Below, piece after piece: positions 57,046 through 64,000 of a DNA stretch of 64,000 nucleotides; the first letter of the stretch is position 1; every line of letters starts with the position of its first letter. The notes beneath the pieces were generated by a model. It was not told the DNA's origin. It was given only the letters and a program-made list of their open reading frames with translations, and ran no database searches. A program made the translations under genes and the position numbers. The DNA is from Acidobacteriota bacterium (GTDB taxonomy: Bacteria > Acidobacteriota > Polarisedimenticolia > Polarisedimenticolales > DASRJG01). The stretch spans positions 12,458 to 76,457 of the forward strand of contig JAQBEH010000049.1 in assembly GCA_032124015.1 (NCBI GenBank), in the 5' to 3' direction.

Positions 57046-58289
57046 TGGTCGATCGCCGCCGGACCCTGTTGGGCGACACGCTGGCGATCGTCATGGCCGG
57101 CGGTCAGGGGGAACGCCTCTACCCCCTGACGCGGGATCGCGGGAAGCCCGCCGTCCCGTTCGGGGGCATCTACCGGGTGATCGACTTCACCCTGTCGAAC
57201 TGCCTTAACTCGGGGCTGCGAAAGATCTACGTCCTCACCCAATACAAGTCCGGAAGCCTGGAGCGCCACGTTCGGATCGGCTGGGGACCGCTGTTCAACC
57301 ACGAGCTCGACGAGTGGATCCAGTGCGTCCCGCCGCAGCTGCGCGTGGGCGAGCGCTGGTACCTGGGGACCGCCGATGCGGTCTACCAAAACGTGTACCT
57401 TTTGGAGCGGGAGCGTCCTCGCTACGTCGTCGTCCTTTCGGGCGATCACATCTACAAGATGGACTACGCGCGACTGATCGCGCGCCACGAAGCCAACGAC
57501 GCGATCGTAACGGTCGCGGCGGTCGAGGTCCCGATCGCGGAGGCTTCGGCGGTCGGAGTGATTGCGGTGGACGAGGAGTCGCGCATCACCGCGTTTCAGG
57601 AAAAGCCGAAAGATCCCATTCCCCTTCCGGGGCGTCCCGGCACCGTGCTCGCCAACATGGGCGTCTACGTTTTCGACACCGAAACGCTCGTGCGGGCGCT
57701 CGCCGTCGATGCGCGCCGCGAGTCGCGCCACGACTTCGGTTACAACATCCTTCCCGCCCTCGTCGATACGAAGAAGGTGTTCGCCTACTCGTTCATCGAC
57801 GAAAACAAGAAAGAAACGGCCTACTGGCGCGACGTCGGCACCCTGGATTCGTACTACGACGCCAGCATGGATCTGGTCGCCGTCGAGCCCGTCTTCAACC
57901 TGTACGACAAGAACTGGCCGATCCGGACGATGGCCCAACAACTGCCCCCCGCCAAGACGGTCTTCGCGCAGGAAGAGCCCGGCGGACGTCTGGGGATCGT
58001 CCTCGACTCGCTCGTCAGCGGCGGCGCGATCGTCAGCGGCGGCCGTGTCGAGCGCTGCGTCCTCGGGCCCGAGGTTCGCGTCAATTCGTACGCCAAGGTC
58101 GTCGACAGCGTGCTGATGGACAATGTCGACATCGGGCGTCACGCGCGCGTCACGAAGGCGATCATCGACAAGGGCGTCCGCATTCCCGCGAGCTTCGTCG
58201 TCGGCGAAGATCCCGAAGAAGACAAGCGGCGGTTCACGGTCACCCCGGGTGGCGTCGTCGTCATCCCTCGTGGGACACAGTTGGACTAG
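57045..58289 (+). CDS. glgC: glucose-1-phosphate adenylyltransferase
   Basis: LAIVMAGGQGERLYPLTRDRGKPAVPFGGIYRVIDFTLSNCLNSG and LTQYKSGSL, with a left-handed beta-helix C-terminus. Confidence 0.95.
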   Translation: MVDRRRTLLGDTLAIVMAGGQGERLYPLTRDRGKPAVPFGGIYRVIDFTLSNCLNSGLRKIYVLTQYKSGSLERHVRIGWGPLFNHELDEWIQCVPPQLRVGERWYLGTADAVYQNVYLLERERPRYVVVLSGDHIYKMDYARLIARHEANDAIVTVAAVEVPIAEASAVGVIAVDEESRITAFQEKPKDPIPLPGRPGTVLANMGVYVFDTETLVRALAVDARRESRHDFGYNILPALVDTKKVFAYSFIDENKKETAYWRDVGTLDSYYDASMDLVAVEPVFNLYDKNWPIRTMAQQLPPAKTVFAQEEPGGRLGIVLDSLVSGGAIVSGGRVERCVLGPEVRVNSYAKVVDSVLMDNVDIGRHARVTKAIIDKGVRIPASFVVGEDPEEDKRRFTVTPGGVVVIPRGTQLD

Positions 58290-58343
58290 CGGCCGGTCTG
58301 CTAACATTCCCGCCCTTTCCACGATGAACTCCAGGAGGCTCCC

Positions 58344-59270
58344 GTGCCGCTCCACGACGTCGTGATCATCGGTTCCGGTCCCGCCGGCCTGACGGCCGCC
58401 CTGTACACCGCGCGCGCGGGCCTCGCACCCGTCGTGGTCGAAGGGTTGATGGCGGGTGGGCAGCTCATGCAAACGACCGATGTAGAGAACTATCCGGGTT
58501 TCCCCGAAGGGATCATGGGCCCCGAATTGATGGAGAAGTTCAAGAAACAGGCGGAGCGCTTCGGCACATCGTTCGTTTCGGGGGACGTCACCCGCGTCGA
58601 TTTCTCCACGCGGCCGTTCACCGTGACGACCGACGAGGAAACCGTGACGGCCCGCTCGGTGATCATCGCGACGGGCGCCTCGCCGAAGATCCTCGACATC
58701 CTCGGCGAGAAGGAATACTCGGGGCACGGCGTGTCGTATTGCGCGACTTGTGACGGCTTTTTCTTCCGCAACCAGGAGATCGTCGTCGTCGGCGGCGGCG
58801 ACACCGCGATGGAAGAGGCAAACTTTCTGACCCGGTTCGGCTCCCGCGTGACGGTCGTGCATCGTCGCGACTCGTTCCGGGCGTCGAAGATCATGGCCGA
58901 ACGCCTCCTCGCCAACGAAAAGGTGCGCGTGCTGTGGAATTCCGCGGTCACCGAAGTCAAAGGGGACGGCGCCAAGGTCGGCTCGGTCGTCGTGAAGAAC
59001 GTGAAGACCGGCGCCCTGACGGAAGAGCCGTGCGGCGGGTTTTTCGTCGCCATCGGACACACACCGAACACGGCGCTGTTTGCGTCCCTCCTCCCCATGA
59101 GCGCCGAGGGCTATCTCACCCTCGAGGGCCATTCCTCGTACACCAACATCGAAGGGGTGTTCGCCGCGGGTGACGTGCACGATCACGTCTACCGCCAGGC
59201 GGTCACGGCCGCGGGGGCCGGTTGTCGTGCGGCCATCGATTGCGAGCGGTGGCTAGCGGCGAACGACTAG
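58344..59270 (+). CDS. trxB: thioredoxin-disulfide reductase
   Basis: VVIIGSGPAGLTAALY, redox-active CATCDG, GGGDTAMEEA. GTG start with an AGGAGG SD. Confidence 0.95.
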   Translation: MPLHDVVIIGSGPAGLTAALYTARAGLAPVVVEGLMAGGQLMQTTDVENYPGFPEGIMGPELMEKFKKQAERFGTSFVSGDVTRVDFSTRPFTVTTDEETVTARSVIIATGASPKILDILGEKEYSGHGVSYCATCDGFFFRNQEIVVVGGGDTAMEEANFLTRFGSRVTVVHRRDSFRASKIMAERLLANEKVRVLWNSAVTEVKGDGAKVGSVVVKNVKTGALTEEPCGGFFVAIGHTPNTALFASLLPMSAEGYLTLEGHSSYTNIEGVFAAGDVHDHVYRQAVTAAGAGCRAAIDCERWLAAND

Positions 59271-59758
59271 CTTCCGTCCGCGGCGAGTCGGGCGAGGGCG
59301 TCTCCGGTCAGCCGGTAGGTCGTCCAGTCGCTCCTGGCCGTCGCGCCCAGCTTCTCGTAAAAGCCGATCGCGCTTTCGTTCCAGTCGAGCACCGCCCACT
59401 CGAGCCGGCCGCAGCCGCGCTCCGCGGCGATTGTTGCGAGACGGGAGAGGAGCGCCCGGCCGATCCCACGCCCGCGTGCGGCGGGGCGGACGAACAGATC
59501 CTCGAGGAAGATCCCGGGCTGGCCGAGAAACGTCGAGTAGTTGCGGAAGAACAGCGCGAAGCCGACGGCAACTCCGTCAATTTCCGCGATCAGGACCTCG
59601 GCCGCCGGGTGCGGGCCGAAGAGCGTCCCGGCGAGAGCGTCCTCGGTCGCGACGACTTCGTGGGCGAGCCTCTCGTAGGCTGCGAGCTCGCGGATGAACG
59701 CGAGGATCTGCGGGACATCGCCTCGCAGGGCGGGTCGGATCGTTGGGGACGCGCTCAC
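59267..59758 (-). CDS. GNAT family N-acetyltransferase
   Basis: 163 aa. Acetyl-CoA site LFVRPAARGRGIGRALL (Q/RxxGxG/A). Its stop overlaps the trxB stop (CTAG). Confidence 0.85.
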   Translation of the reverse strand: MSASPTIRPALRGDVPQILAFIRELAAYERLAHEVVATEDALAGTLFGPHPAAEVLIAEIDGVAVGFALFFRNYSTFLGQPGIFLEDLFVRPAARGRGIGRALLSRLATIAAERGCGRLEWAVLDWNESAIGFYEKLGATARSDWTTYRLTGDALARLAADGS

Positions 59759-59863
59759 GGCGCCGATCGTAACTCAGCCGTGTTAGCCTCAGCGCCGATT
59801 CGTACTCGACGCCGGACGGTCGATCGGTCGGCCGGAATGGACGTCGAGCCAACGGGGGTATCG

Positions 59864-60091
59864 ATGCGAAAGATCGGTCAGTGGACGGTGCTCGCCCTGG
59901 TTTCCGTCGCCATCGGCCTATGGGCCGTCGCGATGAACGCTCCGGCAGAGGCAGCCCCAAGGTGCATTTGCCCGAAGGTCTACTCGCCCGTGCAGTGCAG
60001 TAACGGAAAGACGTACTCGAATCTCTGTCTCGCGAACTGCAACCACGCCACCGGCTGCGTGGCCCTCCCCGGTTACCCGCCCCCGCTCTAG
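59864..60091 (+). CDS. small secreted Kazal-type domain protein (putative serine protease inhibitor)
   Basis: 75 aa. Signal peptide MRKIGQWTVLALVSVAIGLWAVAMNAPAEA. The mature part CICPKVYSPVQCSNGKTYSNLCLANCNHATGC fits the Kazal core CP..Y.PVC..(D/N)G.TY.N.C....C. Confidence 0.65.
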   Translation: MRKIGQWTVLALVSVAIGLWAVAMNAPAEAAPRCICPKVYSPVQCSNGKTYSNLCLANCNHATGCVALPGYPPPL

Positions 60092-60101
60092 CCGTTTCTT
60101 C

Positions 60102-60130
60102 GAGGGGCTCGTTCCCAGGGCGGGCCCCTC
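60102..60130. terminator. hairpin between convergent genes
   Basis: GAGGGGC (60102..60108) / GCCCCTC (60124..60130), a 7-bp stem with a 15-nt loop. Confidence 0.35.
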
Positions 60131-61316
60131 ATACGACCCCCGTTCGTGTCGCCGCGACGAGACTCGGCAGCCAGCGCGCGCCGTGGGGGAGGCGTAAGAG
60201 GCCCATCGCGAGTGCGGCGGGGCGCGGGTGCTGGAAGATCCTGCCTATGAGACGCGTACGCCGGGTCACCGGGGCGAAGGCGTCGCGCCAGACCGAAGAC
60301 CAGGCGCGCCCCGCGGCGTCGCTGAGACCGCCCGAAGCCAGAGCCTCGATGACGAAGGGAAGGGCGAGTTCCGCGCCATGAAGGGCGTTCGACATCCCTT
60401 CGCCGCTGAAGGGGTCGATGGTCCCGGCGGCGTCGCCCAGGAAAATCGCGCCGTGTGAGGCGGGCCTGCGCACGTTGAAGCGCAGGGGGCCGATCGTCTT
60501 CCACGCCGAGCAGGGTGGGTCGTTCCCCAGCCGCTCTTTCAGGAGCGGATTGTTCAGCATGCGCTCTTCGAACAGGCGTTGCGGGGAGTTGCCGCACGCC
60601 TTCAACGCGTCGACGCGCGCGATCAACGCCAGATTGAGACGGCCGCCCTCAACGGGGCCGAGGCCGGCGTAGCCGCCCTCGAAGACGAACAACTCGATGC
60701 GTTTTCCGAGGCCTTGCGTGCGGTCGGGGAAGTGGGCCTTGAAACCGAACCACGACTTGGGGGAGGTGGTCAACGGGTCGCCTATTCTGGGATGGAGGGC
60801 GCGCTGGAGTACCGATCGGCGACCGTCGGCGGCGATGACGAGCCCGGCTCCGATGGTTTCGTCCCCTCCGGTCCCTTGGGCCTTCCGGGTGACGACGCCC
60901 GTCACGCGTCCGTCCTCCAAACGGGGGCGGATCGCAACCGTCTGCTCGCGCACGGTCGCTCCGCAGGACGCCGCGTGGTTCAAGAGGACGGCATCGAGCA
61001 CGGCGCGCGAGATGCCCCAAGCCGTGCGGCCGGCGCCGGGCAGGTCGGGGAGGGGAGAGGTCACCGCGCGGCCCTTCGCATCGGCGAGCAGGCACGCCTC
61101 CATCGGCATGGCGCCTTTTTCGATCAGCGTGGGTAGGAGGCCGAGGCGTAAGAGTACCGCGCACCCTTCGGCCGAGAGGAACTCGCCGCAGACCTTGTCG
61201 CGCGGAAAACGGTCCTTCTCGATGAGCAGCGTCTCCACGCCGCGTCTCGCCGCGAGCGCCGCGATGGCGGCGCCGGCCGGCCCGCCGCCGATCACGACGA
61301 GATCGGTGCGCGTCAC
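60129..61316 (-). CDS. FAD-dependent oxidoreductase (geranylgeranyl-reductase-like family)
   Basis: DLVVIGGGPAGAAIAALAARRG...EKDRFPRDKVCGEFLS shows the GxGxxG motif and the CGE motif of the GGR-like clade. The GTG start overlaps the methyltransferase stop (GTGA). Confidence 0.85.
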   Translation of the reverse strand: MTRTDLVVIGGGPAGAAIAALAARRGVETLLIEKDRFPRDKVCGEFLSAEGCAVLLRLGLLPTLIEKGAMPMEACLLADAKGRAVTSPLPDLPGAGRTAWGISRAVLDAVLLNHAASCGATVREQTVAIRPRLEDGRVTGVVTRKAQGTGGDETIGAGLVIAADGRRSVLQRALHPRIGDPLTTSPKSWFGFKAHFPDRTQGLGKRIELFVFEGGYAGLGPVEGGRLNLALIARVDALKACGNSPQRLFEERMLNNPLLKERLGNDPPCSAWKTIGPLRFNVRRPASHGAIFLGDAAGTIDPFSGEGMSNALHGAELALPFVIEALASGGLSDAAGRAWSSVWRDAFAPVTRRTRLIGRIFQHPRPAALAMGLLRLPHGARWLPSLVAATRTGVV

Positions 61317-62041
61317 TTCGAGGCTCCTGCCCCGGGCAGCGTCAGAAGGAGACGGTAGGGATGCCGGTCCACGACGGTCGCGTCGCCGGCCCCGGCGTCG
61401 CGCGCTGCGGCCAGAAGCTCGTCCCTCGTGAACCCTCGAAGGACGGAAAGCGGCGCATCGTTCACGAACATCGGGTGCCGCCGCGTGACGCGGGCGAGAA
61501 GGGCGATGAACGCCCAGGGGACGATGTGCCGCTCAAGGTCATTGATCAGAACCGCGCCGCGGGCGATGCGACGGAAGGACGAGAGCAGGCTCACGGCCTC
61601 GTCGTGGGTGAAATGGTGGAGGAACAGCGAGGCGGTCACGAGGTCGAACGACCCCGGCGCGAACGGGAGGTCGAAGGCGTCGGCCGCAAGAAGCTCGATC
61701 TCGGGGACTTCGGAGGTTTTCCGTCGCGCGTAGTCGAGCGTGACCTCGTCCCGGTCGACGGCGACGATCCGGATGCCGCGGTCCACGCGCCGCGCCTGGG
61801 CGACCAAGGCGAGCGGCAGATCCGCGCCGCCCGTGCCGATATCCAGGATCGACAGGGGCGGGCCGCCGGTTCGGGCGAGGAGGAACGGCCGCACCGCATC
61901 GACCAGGGTCTTGGACCCGCCGAGGAAGCGGTTGACCGCACGGATGTCGTCGAGCGCGCCGTTCAGGTCTTCGGGAGTGTTGTCGGTCCTGTCCATCCAC
62001 TCGGGATCGAAGCGCCGCGCGGGGACGAACACCGACGGCAC
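61313..62041 (-). CDS. class I SAM-dependent methyltransferase
   Basis: ILDIGTGGADLP (motif I), LLAADAFDLPF, ASLFLHHF, VLINDLER. The start is uncertain. GTG 62041 lies 9 nt after the KAS stop and keeps the conserved FDPEWMD; alternatives are GTG 62032 and ATG 61996. Confidence 0.75.
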   Translation of the reverse strand: MPSVFVPARRFDPEWMDRTDNTPEDLNGALDDIRAVNRFLGGSKTLVDAVRPFLLARTGGPPLSILDIGTGGADLPLALVAQARRVDRGIRIVAVDRDEVTLDYARRKTSEVPEIELLAADAFDLPFAPGSFDLVTASLFLHHFTHDEAVSLLSSFRRIARGAVLINDLERHIVPWAFIALLARVTRRHPMFVNDAPLSVLRGFTRDELLAAARDAGAGDATVVDRHPYRLLLTLPGAGASK

Positions 62042-62049
62042 GGCGCCGC

Positions 62050-63324
62050 TTACTCCGCGTGCCGTTTCAGGACGACCGCCGCGTTCTTCGAACCGAAGCC
62101 GATGCAGTTGCCGACCACGGTGTCGATCCTGCGCTCGCGCCCGACGTTCGGGATCACGTCCAGGTCGCACTGCGGGTCGGGGACGTCGTGGTTGATCGTG
62201 GGCGGAAGGTACGAATCGCGCATGGCAAGCAACGAGGTGACGACGCCGGCGGCCCCGGAGGCGCCCTGGGGGTGGCCGATCATCGATTTAAGGCTCGACG
62301 ACGGAATCGAGGTCGCGCGGGAACCGAAGACCAGTTTGACCGCGCGCGTTTCGATCCGGTCGTTCAACTGGGTCGAGGTGCCGTGCAGATTCAGGTAGTC
62401 GACATCGGCCGGGCCGATGCCGGCATCCTCGAGGGCGAGCTGCATCGCACGCGCCGGTTCCTCGCCGTTTTCGTCGAGGCGCACGCGGTGGAACGCCTCG
62501 CACGTTGATCCGTACCCCGCGATCTCGCCGTAGATCGTGGCGCCGCGCGCGCGTGCCAATTCGCGCTCTTCGAGCACCATCATCCAGGATCCTTCCGCGA
62601 GGACGAAGCCGTCCCGGTCCTTCGAGAAGGGGCGGGAGGCGCGCTCGGGCTCGTCGTTCCAGGCCGTGGACATGATCTTCATCAAGCAAAAGCCGGTCAG
62701 GATCCCCGGTCCGATCAGCGAATCGCTCCCCCCGACGAGCACGCGGTCGGCGCGCCCGTACCGGATGAGAGACATCGCGTGGCCGATCGCGTCGGTGGAC
62801 GACGTGCAGCCGGTCGACATCACGTGCGAGGGCCCGCGCAGCGAAAATTTCATCGACAGTTCGCTCGACAGAGATCCCGGGGTCGACGACGGAATCGTGT
62901 AGAGGCTGACGCCCTTGGGGTCTTCGAGGTAGTACTGCCGGAACTGTCTTTCGATGAATTCGAGCCCCGCGCCCCCCGAGCCGACGACGACCGCGAACCG
63001 CCGCCTCTCGTCGACCGACATGTCGTTCGTTTGAAGCCCGGCATCGGCCACGGCCTCGAGCGAAGCCGTGACGGCCAGGGGCACGATCCGCGGGACGTGC
63101 TTCAAGTCGTTCGAAGACATCACCAACGCCGGGTCGAAATCCGCGACGATCCCCGCGATGCGCGTGGGATACGGCTCGACGTCGAACTGCGTGATGCGGC
63201 GGACGCCGCTTTTTCCGGCGCGCGTGGCCGCCCAGAACGCCTCCCGGCCGACCCCGTTCGGCGAGACCGCGCCGATCCCTGTGACGACGGCGCGACGGCC
63301 CTGCTGGGGGCGGAGAGCGCTCAC
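62050..63324 (-). CDS. beta-ketoacyl synthase, KAS I/II (FabF/FabB-like) family
   Basis: RRAVVTGIGAVSPNG, active-site Cys STGCTSSTDAIGHA, His HGTSTQLND, His GHPQGASG, and C-terminal FGFGSKNAAVVL. The GTG start at 63324 overlaps the ferredoxin stop (GTGA). The upstream 78 codons of the ORF overlap the ferredoxin gene and are not credible. Confidence 0.9.
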   Translation of the reverse strand: MSALRPQQGRRAVVTGIGAVSPNGVGREAFWAATRAGKSGVRRITQFDVEPYPTRIAGIVADFDPALVMSSNDLKHVPRIVPLAVTASLEAVADAGLQTNDMSVDERRRFAVVVGSGGAGLEFIERQFRQYYLEDPKGVSLYTIPSSTPGSLSSELSMKFSLRGPSHVMSTGCTSSTDAIGHAMSLIRYGRADRVLVGGSDSLIGPGILTGFCLMKIMSTAWNDEPERASRPFSKDRDGFVLAEGSWMMVLEERELARARGATIYGEIAGYGSTCEAFHRVRLDENGEEPARAMQLALEDAGIGPADVDYLNLHGTSTQLNDRIETRAVKLVFGSRATSIPSSSLKSMIGHPQGASGAAGVVTSLLAMRDSYLPPTINHDVPDPQCDLDVIPNVGRERRIDTVVGNCIGFGSKNAAVVLKRHAE

Positions 63325-63581
63325 TTCTTGAAGTACGCGGCGTTTTTCTCCGTGAAGTGTTTCCACTTTTCGGGGACGGCGGCTTCCTCGAAGATAGCTT
63401 CGACCGGACACACCGGCTCGCACGCGCCGCAGTCGATGCACTCGGCCGGGTCGATGTAGAGCATCTCGGACGATTCGAACGCCTCCGACTTCTTGGTCGG
63501 GTGGATGCAGTCGACCGGGCAGACGTCGACGCAGGCGGTGTCCTTGGTGCCGATGCACGGCTCGGTGATCACGAACGTCAT
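63321..63581 (-). CDS. 7Fe-type ferredoxin ([3Fe-4S][4Fe-4S], FdxA-like)
   Basis: MTFVITEPCIGTKDTACVDVCPVDCIHP...CIDCGACEPVCPVEAI. A GAGGAG SD is present. Confidence 0.9.
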   Translation of the reverse strand: MTFVITEPCIGTKDTACVDVCPVDCIHPTKKSEAFESSEMLYIDPAECIDCGACEPVCPVEAIFEEAAVPEKWKHFTEKNAAYFKK

Positions 63582-63593
63582 GGGTCTCTCCTC

Positions 63594-64000
63594 TTACTTG
63601 GTCTTGCGACCTTGCCGGGCAACCGCCTCGGCGGCGTGCTTTGCCGCCTGCTCGTCACCCAAATAGTAATGCCGGATCGGCTTCAGGTTGTCGTCCAGCT
63701 CGTAAATCAGGGGAATCCCCGTCGGGATGTTCAGCCCGACGATCGCCTCGTCGGAGACGCCGTCCAAGTACTTCACGAGCGCGCGCAGGGAGTTACCGTG
63801 CGCGACGACGATGACCTTCTGTCCCGCGGCCACGAGAGGCGCGATCGCCCCGTGCCAGGCTGGGAGGAACCGCTTCACGGTATCGGCCAGGGACTCGGCG
63901 AGCGGCAGGTCGGCGGAAGAGAGTTTTGCGTAGCGAGGGTCCGCCCCGGGGTAGCGCGCGTCGTCTTTCGCCAGGGCCGGGGGCGGCGTCGCGTAGCTGC
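63594..64000 (-). CDS. gpmA: 2,3-bisphosphoglycerate-dependent phosphoglycerate mutase, C-terminal part (gene continues past the right edge)
   Basis: ...[84 protein letters not shown] closely parallels the GpmA C-terminal half. The M at 63878 is an internal GTG codon, and the reading frame stays open to 64000. Confidence 0.85.
   Translation of the reverse strand, partial: SYATPPPALAKDDARYPGADPRYAKLSSADLPLAESLADTVKRFLPAWHGAIAPLVAAGQKVIVVAHGNSLRALVKYLDGVSDEAIVGLNIPTGIPLIYELDDNLKPIRHYYLGDEQAAKHAAEAVARQGRKTK

Noticed and set aside
56967-59186. 739-aa ORF on the minus strand
   Set aside because: It is antisense to glgC and trxB, both of which are unambiguous. The composition is Arg/Asp/Gly-rich with no recognisable motifs.

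Overview
This is a very GC-rich, densely coding bacterial chromosomal segment with no rRNA, CRISPR array, transposase or integrase visible. Marker families suggest Acidobacteriota, but that is inference: a VWFA-related 'acidobacterial' N-terminal domain, a roughly 12-fold carboxypeptidase-regulatory-like repeat protein, and a GH57-based glycogen cluster. I support about 58 protein genes, one tRNA-Cys(GCA), one TPP riboswitch, a SECIS-like element, and several hairpins and promoter-like sites. All functional calls come from motifs read by eye in the supplied translations; no searches were run.

Housekeeping content includes glgP, speA, hemY/hemE, mdh, tpx, trxB, an acyl-CoA dehydrogenase, gpmA, and a glycogen/glycolysis cluster (glgA, GH57, pfk, galT-like, histidine kinase, response regulator, glgC).

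Most interesting items:
1. A membrane-anchored DsbA-like gene is split by the ORF caller at an in-frame TGA that sits exactly at the first Cys of CxxC. A SECIS-like hairpin follows, so it is a probable selenoprotein.
2. A textbook THI-box (TPP riboswitch) drives a TonB-dependent receptor plus SSF transporter operon.
3. A 400-aa protein carries all five RelA/SpoT synthetase motifs in the correct order, but with substituted phosphate-binding residues.
4. A translationally coupled operon encodes ferredoxin, a KAS I/II-like enzyme, a methyltransferase and an FAD reductase.
5. A Zn-metallopeptidase and an ATP-grasp ligase form a coupled pair.
6. A Cys-pair MarR-like regulator is coupled to arsM.
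7. A small secreted Kazal-like protein is present.

Many long antisense ORFs are GC artefacts and were rejected.
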